From: Kondoa subrosea
Taxonomy: Eukaryota
Reading direction: 5' to 3'
Assembly: GCA_039545335.1 (NCBI GenBank)
Contig: BCIN01000002.1
Coordinates: forward strand, 3,267,564-3,331,563
Length of the DNA stretch: 64,000 bases
This document shows, one piece after another, positions 27,075-38,799 of the stretch (the first letter of the stretch is position 1; the number at the start of each line of letters is the position of its first letter). A program made the translations under genes and the position numbers. Under the pieces are notes generated by a model. It did not search any database and was not told the DNA's origin. It saw nothing but the letters and a program-made list of their open reading frames with translations.

Positions 27075-28258
27075 ATGGGTCTCTTCAATAAAGAGAAGAA
27101 TACGCAACCAGTCACTGCAGAAGGCCAAGTACAGCAGAGAAATTATGGACAACCCAGACATCATTTCACCATGGGAACTTTCTTTAAGCTGTATTGGAGC
27201 GTAAGCCTTTTATGTTGTACGGGAGAATTCAAGCAGCTCATACGAACGGCGTATAGGAATTGTTATTCAGTAAGCAGTGCATAGTAGTCTAAGTCAATTC
27301 TGCGCTGACGTCTCTCAATAGTGGCTGTAGGATTCGTCAGATCGCTTACCAATCTCAGCTGATACCTTTATGATAAGGCTTTGGGCGCTGTGTAAGTCAC
27401 TTGATTGATAGAGTCAATGTCGCTGATTTAATTGACACAGCGGTTTGGGCGTGTATGTCTCGTGCTGGATGGCTTGTCAACTGCTCACTCTCATCATTAA
27501 CAGATACTTTGCACCACCAGCTCCATCTAGATCATTCCCTATCGAGTTGTCAGTACTTCCAGGTCCAATGTTGAGTAATATTGATGGAGGATCTAGTCGC
27601 GATGGAGAGTTGGTCTACCCTGAATTTGGATATCCTTTGCGCAAGAACATCATTCCCAGTCAGTTGTCGCTTTTTAGGTTTTTGCGAAGTACTGAAATTC
27701 TGCTTTAGTTTGGGCAGCGTGAGTACACGGCAGATCGAGACATATTACATACTGACTTGAATATAGTGCTTTATTAGCTGCTCTGGTACCAATGGTAAGC
27801 GTTTTTGCTATTATTCTGGGGCACTTGTTCATCAGATGTTTAGTTCTTCTATGCTCTGTTTGCGATCCGCTTCAAGTCTTTCCAAGCTTTCGTCGTTCCG
27901 ACCATGGCTACCCTTATGTCCCTCGTCGTTGCTGCCATCTTCCAGGTCTTCTTGAAATGGTAAGTACTAACTTCTCCTTGTACACACTCCTTTGAACTTC
28001 AATGATAGGTTGATTGGTGGTTTAAGGTCAGCTCAGGTTGGTTCTCTAATGCGATATCGCTGAAAAGTGTATCTGCGTTGTCAGACCTGTGAGCCATGAT
28101 CGTAAAACCTATTCTCTTTCCCTGATATCAACTCTAGCACTTCCTCAGTGTCTGCAAACCAAATGTCATCTTCCCTGGCAGCGGAGACGGTTGGCAAATG
28201 GGCTACTACAGACGAGACGTGTGCACCGGTGACGTGAAAGAGTCGGTACAATCCTTCC
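27075..28258 (+). pseudogene. PAP2/DPP1-like lipid phosphate phosphatase, 5' half, interrupted
   Basis: PAPSRSFP, DGELVYPEFGYPLRKNIIP, IFQVFLKW/LIGGLR/P/HFLSVCKP and VCTGDVKE. The reading then switches to unrelated sequence before the PSGH motif. Confidence 0.85.
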
Positions 28259-28482
28259 TCATTGATCCAAGCGAGTATATTAATCCACCTTCTCCTACTT
28301 CTCTGTCGCCTGAAGCTCAGCATGGGTTGGAGTCTTTCGACAACCTATATTGGCCAGGACAGGAAATTTCTAATGCTCAATCGCTTCTAGGCATGATTCG
28401 AATGCTCGTAGGTGAACCAGGAGAAGGTCGAGCAATGAATACCAAAGCTTATGGCAATCTGGTACAAGACGGGATCTCCTGT

Positions 28483-29571
28483 TTACTCTCGCTTCCGACG
28501 CTTACCCGACATTATGCGTCGAATGTTATCTTGTTCCCTCTTTCCCAAAACCTGTTCCGATTGTCCTCGAGTTTTAGCATTGTTTGCAGAGTAGCATGTA
28601 TCGCAAGAGCCACATTCTGTGAATTGTGATTGCTTGAGACGTTTGACTTCTTCGTTCCCGTTGTTATCTTCTTCCTCATCAAAGTAGTCCAGTCCATAAT
28701 TGACTGTAATTTCTTCACCTGGCTTGATTTCGCGAATAGCTTTCAATAACAACTTTCCCTTCTCTCTCGTGAATTTCGCGTTAGGTCTGCAGTCGCTTTG
28801 AGCAAATCGACCCGGCCCCTTGACCAATATGTTACCTACTTTGTGTCAGCTTGTTCATTTTCATGCTTTCCACTCACCTTGCTTTGTCTTTAGAACTGAG
28901 AAATCTTTGCCCTGCTTCTCAAGCCATAGAGTCTCATCATATGTTTCTATATCAGACTCGCCGTTCTTCTTCTTTTCCCCTTCGCTGACAGATTCGGTTG
29001 TTCCCCGCTCTTTCTTGTGTCCTTGCAGATGCACTACGACCTCGTGCATATCAACAATGACTTCGTCCGCTGCGAAGCCCTTTTCGGCAGTCATCTTGAT
29101 TTCAAATCTCTTGCTATACCGTCCATCCTTCGATAGTCTGATAATCCGGTTTCTCTTGTTGACTGCAAGAAACCACAGCTTGCAGTCGCTGGGATGTCAT
29201 CAGCCACGACTTCAAGACCACTCTCACTGGGCAACTCACGTTTTGAGCACTTCTTCTGCTCGTGCTCGTTCTTCCTCCCTAATGGTATCGTTGATTCCGC
29301 TTTCGGTAAATATGTTCATAGACTCTCGGAACGCTTGCAACGCTATATTTTCAAATGCCTCATAATCCCCAGCTCTTATGCCTTTGTATGCAAAACTTGA
29401 ACTTTTCTTGGCTTTCATTCGTCTTGTGAAGGGCGAGCAGCGTATGGCACTCGGTCCATTGCTTCTGTGCCGCTTGCTATTGACAAAAAGGGCTACTAAG
29501 AAATCGTCTGTAGCAGCAGAGACAAATGTATCAGTGGACAGCATCTTGCGATTTGGGGAGTAACGAGGCAT
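28483..29571 (-). CDS. Divergent Set9/KMT5-like SET-domain protein (3 exons)
   Basis: ATDDFLVALFV (Set9 N-terminal-like), KDFSVL, GPGRFAQSDCRPNAKF, AIREIKPGEEITVNYGLDYF and post-SET ECGSCDTC. The two introns splice in frame. Confidence 0.8.
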
Positions 29572-30189
29572 TGTTGTGTAGATCTGAGTGCTGAGAAGCA
29601 GCAATTGCATTGTACTGTTGTACATTATGACCCCAATGACGCTATCGCTCCACCTTTGTGCCTTTGCCCCAATCGCTTTGCTTTCTTCTTCCGCAGCGGT
29701 CAGTCCCTCATACGAGAGCTGCGCAGTGCTGGTCATGGCTGCCTTTGTCATCTCTGAATGCCTTACACACTCTCCACTCTGCGTTTTCTCCCCTCCTGAA
29801 TACCTTTTACCAGGGGCCAAACTCTCAGTGAGGGTCGCAGAGTGCTGTTGTGTTCTGGCTATTTTGATAGGCATTGGCTAGGTGCTTTGATCTTGCAGAC
29901 GTCACTCTGTTGTGCTGCTACAAACTTCGGCTTCTCCCCTCTGACAACAGTGTTATTGTACCTTGCAAGGGGTTTTGTCAGAGGGTCGGAGGCAGCACAG
30001 CTCATGGCTGAAGTTCGGTTGAATCATCTACAGTAGCTTAATGTTGGCCAGCCAGCTCTGGTCTTTCAGCGCTTTTTGGCTATCGAGTCCAAACCTTTCC
30101 ACCACTACTTCAATGCTGTGTAGGGTCAAGTACCATGTATGTATTACTCGTATTCAAGAAGAACAGGAGAGCCGAGATGGATTCGACAG

Positions 30190-30958
30190 ACTCGTTTATC
30201 ATGAAGCCTGCTGGAGGAACAAGATTCATGGAAGTCCAAGTGGAAAAAGCTGCTGTGAGATTGGCCGAATTGGTTGGCTACATATCAGCTGGTACCACTG
30301 AGTCAGTCTCTGTTTGGAACTCAACAAACTTATACACTGACAATGTGAGCAGATTCTTGTATGAAGCCGCTACAGACTCTTTCCACTTTCTCGAACTCAA
30401 TCCTCGTCTTCAAGTCGAGCATATTACAACAGACATAGTCTCTGGTGTCAATTTGCCAGCCGCTCAAATTCAAATTGCTATGGGTTTACCTCTTCATCGC
30501 ATCCGCGATATTCGAACACTTTATGGCGTCTCACCTCATGGCGACAATAGGATCGACTTTGTTTCGCCGATGACGCTTCTTCTGAACTACAAAGGAAACC
30601 TTCTCCTCACGGTCATGTCGGAGCTATCCGTATTACTGCAGAAAATCCAGATGCGGGATTCAAGCCTTCTTCCGGAACGTTGCAAGAACGAAGTGATTCA
30701 AGGAAGAACATGGTTGTTGCTTTGAAGGAATTGTCTATTCGTGGTGATTTCCGGACAACGGTCGAATACTTGATCAAGCTGTGAGTATCAGTATCAAGTG
30801 CAATGAAAGAACAAGCTGAAGGATGTTATACAGATTGGAAACGGAAGCTTTCGAATCCAACACAATCACTACTGGATGGTTGGATAACCTCGTCTCAAGT
30901 CGTCTGACAGCTGAACGACCAGAAACTACTCTAGCGGTCGTTTGTAGTGCTACAATAA
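30190..30958 (+). pseudogene. ACC1: Acetyl-CoA carboxylase (biotin carboxylase region) fragment with internal deletions and a frameshift
   Basis: [90 protein letters not shown] and NTITTGWLD. No start or end, and conserved blocks are missing. Confidence 0.92.
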
Positions 30959-31728
30959 CTGCATCGAAACTGTGCTTCTCATCGTTCCAAAGTACGACAC
31001 AGGATAAAACATCGGCTTGTATAGAATCCAATTGTTGTACGATCTCGGTCGAAGCAGGTGAAGCACTCCATGTTCCAACGCAAAATTCCAGTAAAGTTGC
31101 TATCAGAAGTTTCCATTCGTCTAGAAGATCTGAAGGAAGTACTACTTGTGTGAAGATGTTCCCGGAAGAGGGGACATCTGAAACCGGTCCTTGAGTGGTC
31201 TTCCATAATTCTGGATCTCCAGCTGAACAAGCCAAAGCACCACCTGCACGAATTTGAAAGGTAATATCGTGTGAGATATGTTGTGATGGATCGTAGCAGT
31301 CGACACAGAGGAAAGAAGCTTCGTCGTGTCCGCAATCTCTGCAATGCCTTCGTCAGCTTGACGGTATTGCTTTGAAGTCTGCCTCACTGACCGACAAGCA
31401 TATACACCTTGACCTTGTTTGAAGATATGACCGCATCTATTCCTTTTTACCTTTGAGCTCATCTCCTGCTGTTGCCTGCTTTGTAAAGTCCAGTCGAGCG
31501 GCACATTTGGTTGCGAGAGTATAGACAATCCAGGCAAGATCTCCGGCGACTCGCGCAAGGTTCAAGTAGACCAGAGTAAAGCACATGTCTCAAAGCTTGA
31601 ATAACGCCTGCTGTAGCTCCAGAGTAATCTGCAGCTTCACGACATTGCGCTTGAACTTGAGCCAATGATGCACGCAAGGCCGAAATAGATGAGAGCGGTC
31701 CTCCATGAGAGCTGTCCGAAGTATCCAT
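30955..31728 (-). pseudogene. UBR1: N-terminal fragment of an N-end-rule E3 ligase (UBR box + start of the ClpS-like domain)
   Basis: RCGHIFKQGQGVYACR/DCGHD...LCVDC...H.SH...GDPELWK and VVLWNDEKHSFDAVI. Frameshift near 31550; truncated against the ACC1 fragment. Confidence 0.85.
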
Positions 31729-32998
31729 GTCTAGCTTCGAGCTTCTTGTCTAATCCATCGCGGTTTGACAGTAACAACCAGACTTGGACTCCAAGTCTTG
31801 CTCTCTTCAAAGTGTTGTTAGCTCCGCTTCATCTCAACCAAAGCTTGCTCATACAAGCGCTTTCCACTATCTCCTCTGACTCTGTTTCTTTCTCCATATT
31901 CCCGCTTCTGCAGATACATCATCAGGGAAGTACAAACTTTCTGTAAAGTCACTCGATTGATGCCTATAAGTCGTGGACTCTGTTCTCTTTGCTGCGTGCA
32001 GTAGATTTGCACGTCTCATCCGATTCCTCCATGGTCTCAAGTCTTTCTGCTCTTCACCTCTGCATGCTTCATCTGGTTTCTTGGTGCTATCTCTCACCGA
32101 TTCCCATTACTTTTTATATCGATAGCTACCGCTCAAGCTCTCCCGAGCAAGAAAATATCAATTATTTTAACACTAATTCTTTTGTCACTACTCGATCTTG
32201 CTCGATTTTGCAGAACTATCCTAATGAGCAAGGACTCACTACATCGTCTTCTCTGCTCCTTCTCCTTCTTCATGATCCTCTCTTTCATATTTGATCTATA
32301 GAACCAGAAGAGAACAAAGGCACATCGGTTTATTGTTACTCCTCCAAGAGATAGCTGTACTTCAGTGCAGCTATCTCTTGAAGACTTCTCAAAGTGCCTG
32401 CGCGCTAAAATACAACATCGACACAAATTTGGTTCATATGCCAAAGGTTGATTCGCATTCTTTGGCATGCCTGGCTGTTCGTGAGCAGGCCGGGTCCCTT
32501 GATATTATTGAGGCACTCCTATCGTTGCTGGGATTGGAGAAGTGCCGCAATGAGTGTAATTGATCGATTAATAAAGTCAATTCACTAAGGCTTTCGCAGT
32601 ATCGCAAATCACCTGATCCCCAAAAGGAGAAGCGAACCCTTACAGTCACATGCGGATACGGAACCAGGTCCTAAGGATGGTCGGGAGTATTGACAAAGTT
32701 GAACAAGTTAACCGTAAGCACAAATGCACTCAAAGACAATGATTTGCAAACAAATATATCTGCAACCTGTCAGGATGCGGCGTCTGTCACGCCAGGCTCG
32801 TTCTGATGCCTCGAGAGTAAGGTCCTCTATTATGTTCTGTTCAGTTTCGTTTCCTGTCTACAAGTAAGGCTGTTTGCCTCTTCATCAAACTTTGGTCACC
32901 TATTTCCACTGTTTTGGACTGTCAAAAGTATTAAAGAGATTGCAGGCTGTCATAGTTATTTACAATGAGTCATCTTGTCTCGTATCGAACACCTGAAT

Positions 32999-35900
32999 TT
33001 ATCGACCAAATCTGGGTGCGTAGAGCTTGGCGCAGATCGCACTCTCCACGGCCCTGAATTCGTTGACGTGCTCCAGAGAAGCATTTGCTATCATCTTGTT
33101 GAAGCAGATTAATTGCGTGCAAACCGTCAGCTTGCTCATGTCGAAATCTTCCTGACCGCGTGGAGGAATTGCGAGTAGCCCAGATGCCATAGGAACGTCG
33201 TGATGGCCAGCGAATTTCCCGTTTGATACTGAGATGGCGCTTCGGCTTCGCACACCTTGTTGTCAGCCAAGCACCCGAAAGATGGAATTCAAGAGCTTAC
33301 TGATGCAATACATATCGTGAAGTGCCGTCTACATCTCTTAGGGAGACGCTGTTGATGTGGTGGAGGAATGTAGGAGGAATAATAGTCCAATCGTTGTCGA
33401 ACAATCGATTGCACAGTCGGTAAAGCGTGCTCGTCTTGCCAAGCAAGTCGCTCCAGGTCTTGCTTGCCGTTTCGTCCTGAGCGATCACAATCAGCGAGTT
33501 CGACACTACGCTTACTTCAGGATAGACCCACATCGAGGTAAGGCATAGCGACAGACTTGTTGACCAATTTGCCAGTAGGCATCTCATCCTTGCCAGCGTA
33601 AAGCCCTAGCTGGGAGTAAGCAAGATTGAACGGACAATAAAGGTATCGCTTCACCTTGCGCATGAGCGTGCCAATCTGAAAGATCTTCGTGCAAACGCTT
33701 CCTTGAACCTCTTTCGATAGGGTAAAGAATCGCTTGAGAGAACCCATCAGGCAGACTCTGGACATCCGCTATGATAGAAGCCTTCATTGCGAAAGCTATC
33801 GAAAGATGTTGAGCCGAAGAGCAAAGGCCGATCCAAAGTAGTACGCTTACTAGTTTGTGAAAGACAGCTTTCAACCTCTTCGTTCACTTTGCGCAAAACG
33901 TCTTCCAATTCGTTGGGTGGGACCGCTAAGCGAGCCACAGTAATGTACGGTATTGCATCACGTAATAGCTTCGAGCATTTCTCCAATGACAGCGACAAAC
34001 GATCTATCAGCTGTTTGTCGGCCGGAGAGGCAAGACCGAGATGATTGAGATGCAGCACTGCGTAGGATTGAAGTCAATTTACCACCGGAGCCAGTACGAA
34101 AATTTGACTTACACATGCTCAACAGCTTCCACATGCAAAGAGGATACTTTTCACGGCCCAACGCAACACCGCGCATTACAACAGCAGCGTATTCGGGCGA
34201 AATGAGTACCGTATTCTTTCGCCATACAGCTGCTGGACTACCAACTGTCAGTGTTGGCCTCAAGAGAGGATTGGCTGCACAGAACGGGAGAAGTTTAGCA
34301 GCTCGTCATTACAGCACAAACGAACGAAGCACACAGGCGTTGATGTCTAGCCATTCGCCTGTTTCCGTATCGCGAATGAATTGCGGTCTTGTGACGTCTA
34401 ACGCATCTGTCGCAAGGATATTGAACATATCTTGAGGCTTGGGATGAAGTGCGAGCTGATCAGCTGAAAGTTTGCTGTAGAGGGATTGAGTTCTGTTGGT
34501 TAATTGAGCACGCAAGTAGCGGCCTGCTTCGCTTTCGTGGGCACCCAGATCCTACAACATGTGGTTAGTCAGAACGAACGTTGAGGATTGAAGCACGTGA
34601 ACTGACGATTTTGGGACGGTAAGTGCTGCGAGAAGAACGTCCAGCGCTCTTGCCACGCTTGCTGAAAGCTCGTTCAGCGGCTGCTTTGGCAGCATTCGAC
34701 TCTTTAGCCAATGAGTTGAAAACTTCTAGTAGGCAAGAATCATCATACTGATTCGAATTGTATTAGATGCATCCTAGGTTAGGAGGAATGTGCTCACGAG
34801 AGAACCTTTGTGTGCATGGCCGACCAAACAGCCAACTGGAGAGCCGCACCCATCACAGGGGAATTCACAATCATCTTTCAAGTGCGAATGTCAGAGCAGA
34901 ACGACATCAAAATCAAAACTAAGACTCACCAATTGTATCCTCTTGGTCGTGCATATGTCCACACGGTAATGCTTCAGAATCTTCTTCCAACTCTTCTCGT
35001 AGGTTGAGTATAATGTACGTAATCAATGAAGACCGCAAAGCAACTCTAGTCCAATTGCCTGTCGTCATCAGCATATTGGTGTGCCTTGACGCCTTCTCGA
35101 TCGCTGCGAAGTATCGGATCTCTTCCCCTTTTGGAATATGAACATTGACAGCTTTGAAAGTTTTGATATCCAAGTCGTTATCAATTACCGAGTTGAGATA
35201 CTGCGCTTGACCAGCTCCAATGGATACGACACGGGTCGAACCGATCCTGACGTCTGCTGGAAAATGACCGCGGGTGCAAGCAAATGCAGTCACTATAGAG
35301 AATCGAATTAATAAATGCCATCTCTAGAATCTGAGAAACTCACGAGAAAGCATCTTGCGTGAAGTCCCCACACTCAGGTCTCTGATCATGGCAGCTCGAC
35401 GGAGACCGATGTCCGGACTGAGAAAGGCACATCAATCAAGCATCTCTCCAGGTAATGGTTTCACTCACATGTCTTGATGGCGCTCATATAGATAGACCAT
35501 CTTCTGTGCGAGCACACTTTCCTTGCGCCGCTGAACATCATCTTGCTGGACGACTTTCGGTACATCCAACGAATAATCTTGAGCTTTCCAGACAAAGCTT
35601 TTAATACAAAGATCATTCAAGCTGACATCGGCAGGGATAATGTCTTGAGCTGAACTTGATCTTTAGAATACCTCTGCTTGAGACAGTAATATAGGACTCA
35701 CCGGCATTCATCGCAACAGACCATCTGAAAGCGCCATTTTGAGTTTGCAGTTCATATATTACACCTTCTGGAAGCCCACGATCATGACGATATAGACGAG
35801 GTAGACCAACAGAAGCCGATTTGACGGCTGAGCTGTTGTTTCCCAACTTGAAAACTCCGGGAAAGTTGGCATCGTAAATGTAAAGTAGAATAGATCCAAT

Positions 35901-37408
35901 CTCTTTCGCAGTAATAGGCTGTTGTAACAGTGAGATAGAAGTAGACGCATTTTCAATGAGCCTGCTCACATGACCGTCTAAAGCTGCTTGCATTGCACCC
36001 ATACCGGCCAAGTGTTTCATAATCTTTTTGTCAGAAGCCGAAGGAATTTGAGAGGCTTCAGCAGTGGCCACGGGTCTCGGTACAGTTGCAGATTTCTCAT
36101 TCTGCATCTCATCGCGGGGCCAGCAATGGAGTTGTTCTAACATGCCGGTGGGATTCTTCGAAGTTACTTTGCTCTTTTTGTCACGTAGGCTATAAGAGAA
36201 TGGAGCAGTAGCCTTCTCAAATTGGTATTGTTCATTGCCAGAATTCTTCTTCAATAGTTCGGCTTTGAAGGCGCCAGGGACTTCAGTAAGCAAGAGTTGA
36301 GCATAATCAGACGCTTCGAAAGGTGAGGGAGGTTTGTCAGGAATAGATGATAATAAGGTAGATGTAGAAGAAGGAGTTTTACCAGCTGTGAATCTGGCAG
36401 ACCACTTTTCAGAGAGCGATTTGCGAGTTGTGAGAGAAGTCATTTCAGTTGAAGAGCCAGCTACAGGTACATTCGGCCGCTTGAGTGTGTTAGCATCGTT
36501 GGAGGAGGCTTCTTCTTCGGTTGAAGAGGGGTCGGCGCGAGCTAGACGCAGAGAACTCAGGTCAGACGCGTGAAGTGCAACAAGCTACTCACGTATGCCT
36601 TGAGTGAAAAACGGTCCATACTGTAATTGCGTATCTAGAGTTTGCGCAGTATCGCCTGAGAACAGAAGCGCGACTGAAGTCTGAGTGGATAGAAATTCTG
36701 CTCAGGATCCAAAGTGAGAGACAAACTCGATATTCGGACTACAGCATACCTTCAGCGGCTTGTACAGCTTTCGATTTCGCAGCCGCCTGCACAGATGAGG
36801 CAGAGGCGGATCAGCTATCGGAGATGCAAAATCAAAAAACTCCACTAACCTGGGCCGAAATCTTAGCCGACTTTCCTTCTTTGTTTTCTTCTTCTTCTTT
36901 CGCTGTTAGCGAGGAATAACTGGAATCAGCAGCTTTCGATGACCTAAAAATGGCAGACGAACTATTGGCATCAACAGCTATTTCTTCATTTCCATCAGTA
37001 TCCTCTTCAGCTTGATCCGGATCATTTGTGGCGGCGTCCTGTAGCACAGTTGTTTGACTTTGACGGCAGTCAGATCACGAGGCAAAGGTGACGAACCCAA
37101 GTTTCAGTGTTGGTCAATTCTGAAGCCTTTTGCTCTTCGAATCCAGTGATGACTGGTCTACAACACATAGAGTGAGCAACGATCATCTAGCTAGTCCAAC
37201 CTGCTCAGCAAACCCACTCGTCTGTGACTTGTTCTAAAATTTCAAAAGCGCGATTCAGGTCGCCTTTTGCTTGCTATTTGATCGTCAGTCATCGCTCACA
37301 GACCGTCTAAAGCTCACGAACGATGAGAGCTCTTGCCATTTCGTCTTTTGTCGGGTTCCTAGCAAAGACGTTGGCAATTTCTTCTAGGCTGTCCATCTTG
37401 CTTTCCAT
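32999..37408 (-). CDS. Large multi-exon orphan protein (~1100 aa) with a UBA-like N-terminus
   Basis: A chain of open exons bounded by canonical splice sites runs from MESKMDSLEE...ARALIV/KGDLNRAFEILE to ...KLYAPRFGR*. No recognisable catalytic family. Confidence 0.65.
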
Positions 37409-37542
37409 TTGTTGTTTTTGTTGTAGTTGTTTGTGTTTGTGTTGGTGTTGGTGTTGGCGTGTACTGTCTCTTTATAGCGTATCAGGCTGTTGAAGAGAAA
37501 GTTTTGTCGATTTTTTTCGAATTCTTTCCTCTTCTTGCAACA

Positions 37543-38573
37543 ATGGCTTCTGCTGATGAAGTGAGAAAAGCTCTTGTCCGAATGAAAGCTGATATTGAAG
37601 TAAGCTTCCTCGGCTGCGAATTGACATGTTCCTTCATTGATGAGCGCCTCTAAGGCTCAAAATCCCGCTTACGATCCTGAAGATCTCTGGAAGAATGGTG
37701 CTTCTTTGCTCGTCCGCGTCGACGACTCGCACGAATTGCTGTCTAGTATCCTTGACGCTCTCAGTCAGCACAAGCTTGTTAGAGCTGTCAAGTTGCTTTG
37801 CGAGCTCAAAGACGCTTTCCATTCTAAAACTCTTTCTGCCGATACATCTTATTATGGATTCGCTATGTGCACTTTTTTGGAAGGCGTCCTAGCTGAAGAA
37901 TTGGATGATATCAAACAAGCTGCGCGCTGCTATGCTGATGCTAAAGATTTACTTCAAGAGATGCTACGCGAAACTCGCGTTATGGACTTCTTTGGGCAAG
38001 TCGGAAAGTTGCAGGACATCGTAGATGTATCCTTATCTCGATGCAGTAAGCATGCCTTTGCCTTATTGCGAATGTCCACTCACGCCTGTTCCTCAGACGC
38101 TGGCCTCGACCTGGTGGTCAGTCACAATGAGGTGGCTACTGAAGCTGATCACGCTCAAGGTAAGTCTCTCTTGGTATGTTAATCGCAGTAGACTGATTTG
38201 CTCGATAGTCGCGAAGAATGTGGAACCTTCTATTACACAAGCTGCGGGTGTTGACGCTGTGCCTACCACTCCTTCCAAAGGTGTGCAGCCTATTCTTCTT
38301 TTGCGCAGAACACCAGCTGATTACCCTTCTGAATGAGAAGACACGAGCTATGTAGAAGTTCTCTCGTCGGAATCGGAAATGCTGGGGCTTCCAGCTTTTG
38401 GTGCCAACACCGGAGGTCGGTCGCCCTTCCCTGTCCAGTTTGACACATTGTTTGACTGGTGTGATGCAGATACCAGCTCACGGCGCACCCGGCGAATTCG
38501 TCAAACAACTTCGGAATCTGAAGCTAGCGACATGCCCATTCCCAGAACCCCGGAAAAGAAGCCAAGAGCTTAA
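37543..38573 (+). CDS. Orphan helical protein, divergently transcribed from the previous gene
   Basis: MASADEVRKALVRMKADIE/AQNPAYDP..., a 181-aa helical ORF, and later exons ending PRTPEKKPRA*. Confidence 0.55.
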
Positions 38574-38799
38574 GTCAAGTCCTGCTAGTATCTCGAACGT
38601 AATCATTGTCTGCGTTCAGCGCTCAGCGCAATCATTTTCCGTCCGGTTTCCAGTTCTCTTTCTGTGCCCTTCTTTCTTATCTTTGCAAGGATCTTCTTAA
38701 TTCTCCGTATGTCGATGATACGTCTGAGATGCCGCTTTCAACCATCTCTTGGTGTCATTGAAATCGAAAACGGGCGAGCAACAGTGTAACCTGTGCACT

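Noticed and set aside
11384..29571. A chromatin gene cluster (DOT1, SprT/GCNA-like, SET)
   Set aside because: The genes are separated by unrelated metabolic genes, so proximity is most simply chance.
31750..32650. Short ORFs between the UBR1 fragment and the large orphan
   Set aside because: They may be further decayed fragments, but no identifiable homology or consistent frame could be supported.
32999..37408. Calling the large orphan a KDZ/Plavaka/DDE transposase
   Set aside because: No CxC cluster or DDE-type catalytic motifs could be recognised by eye.
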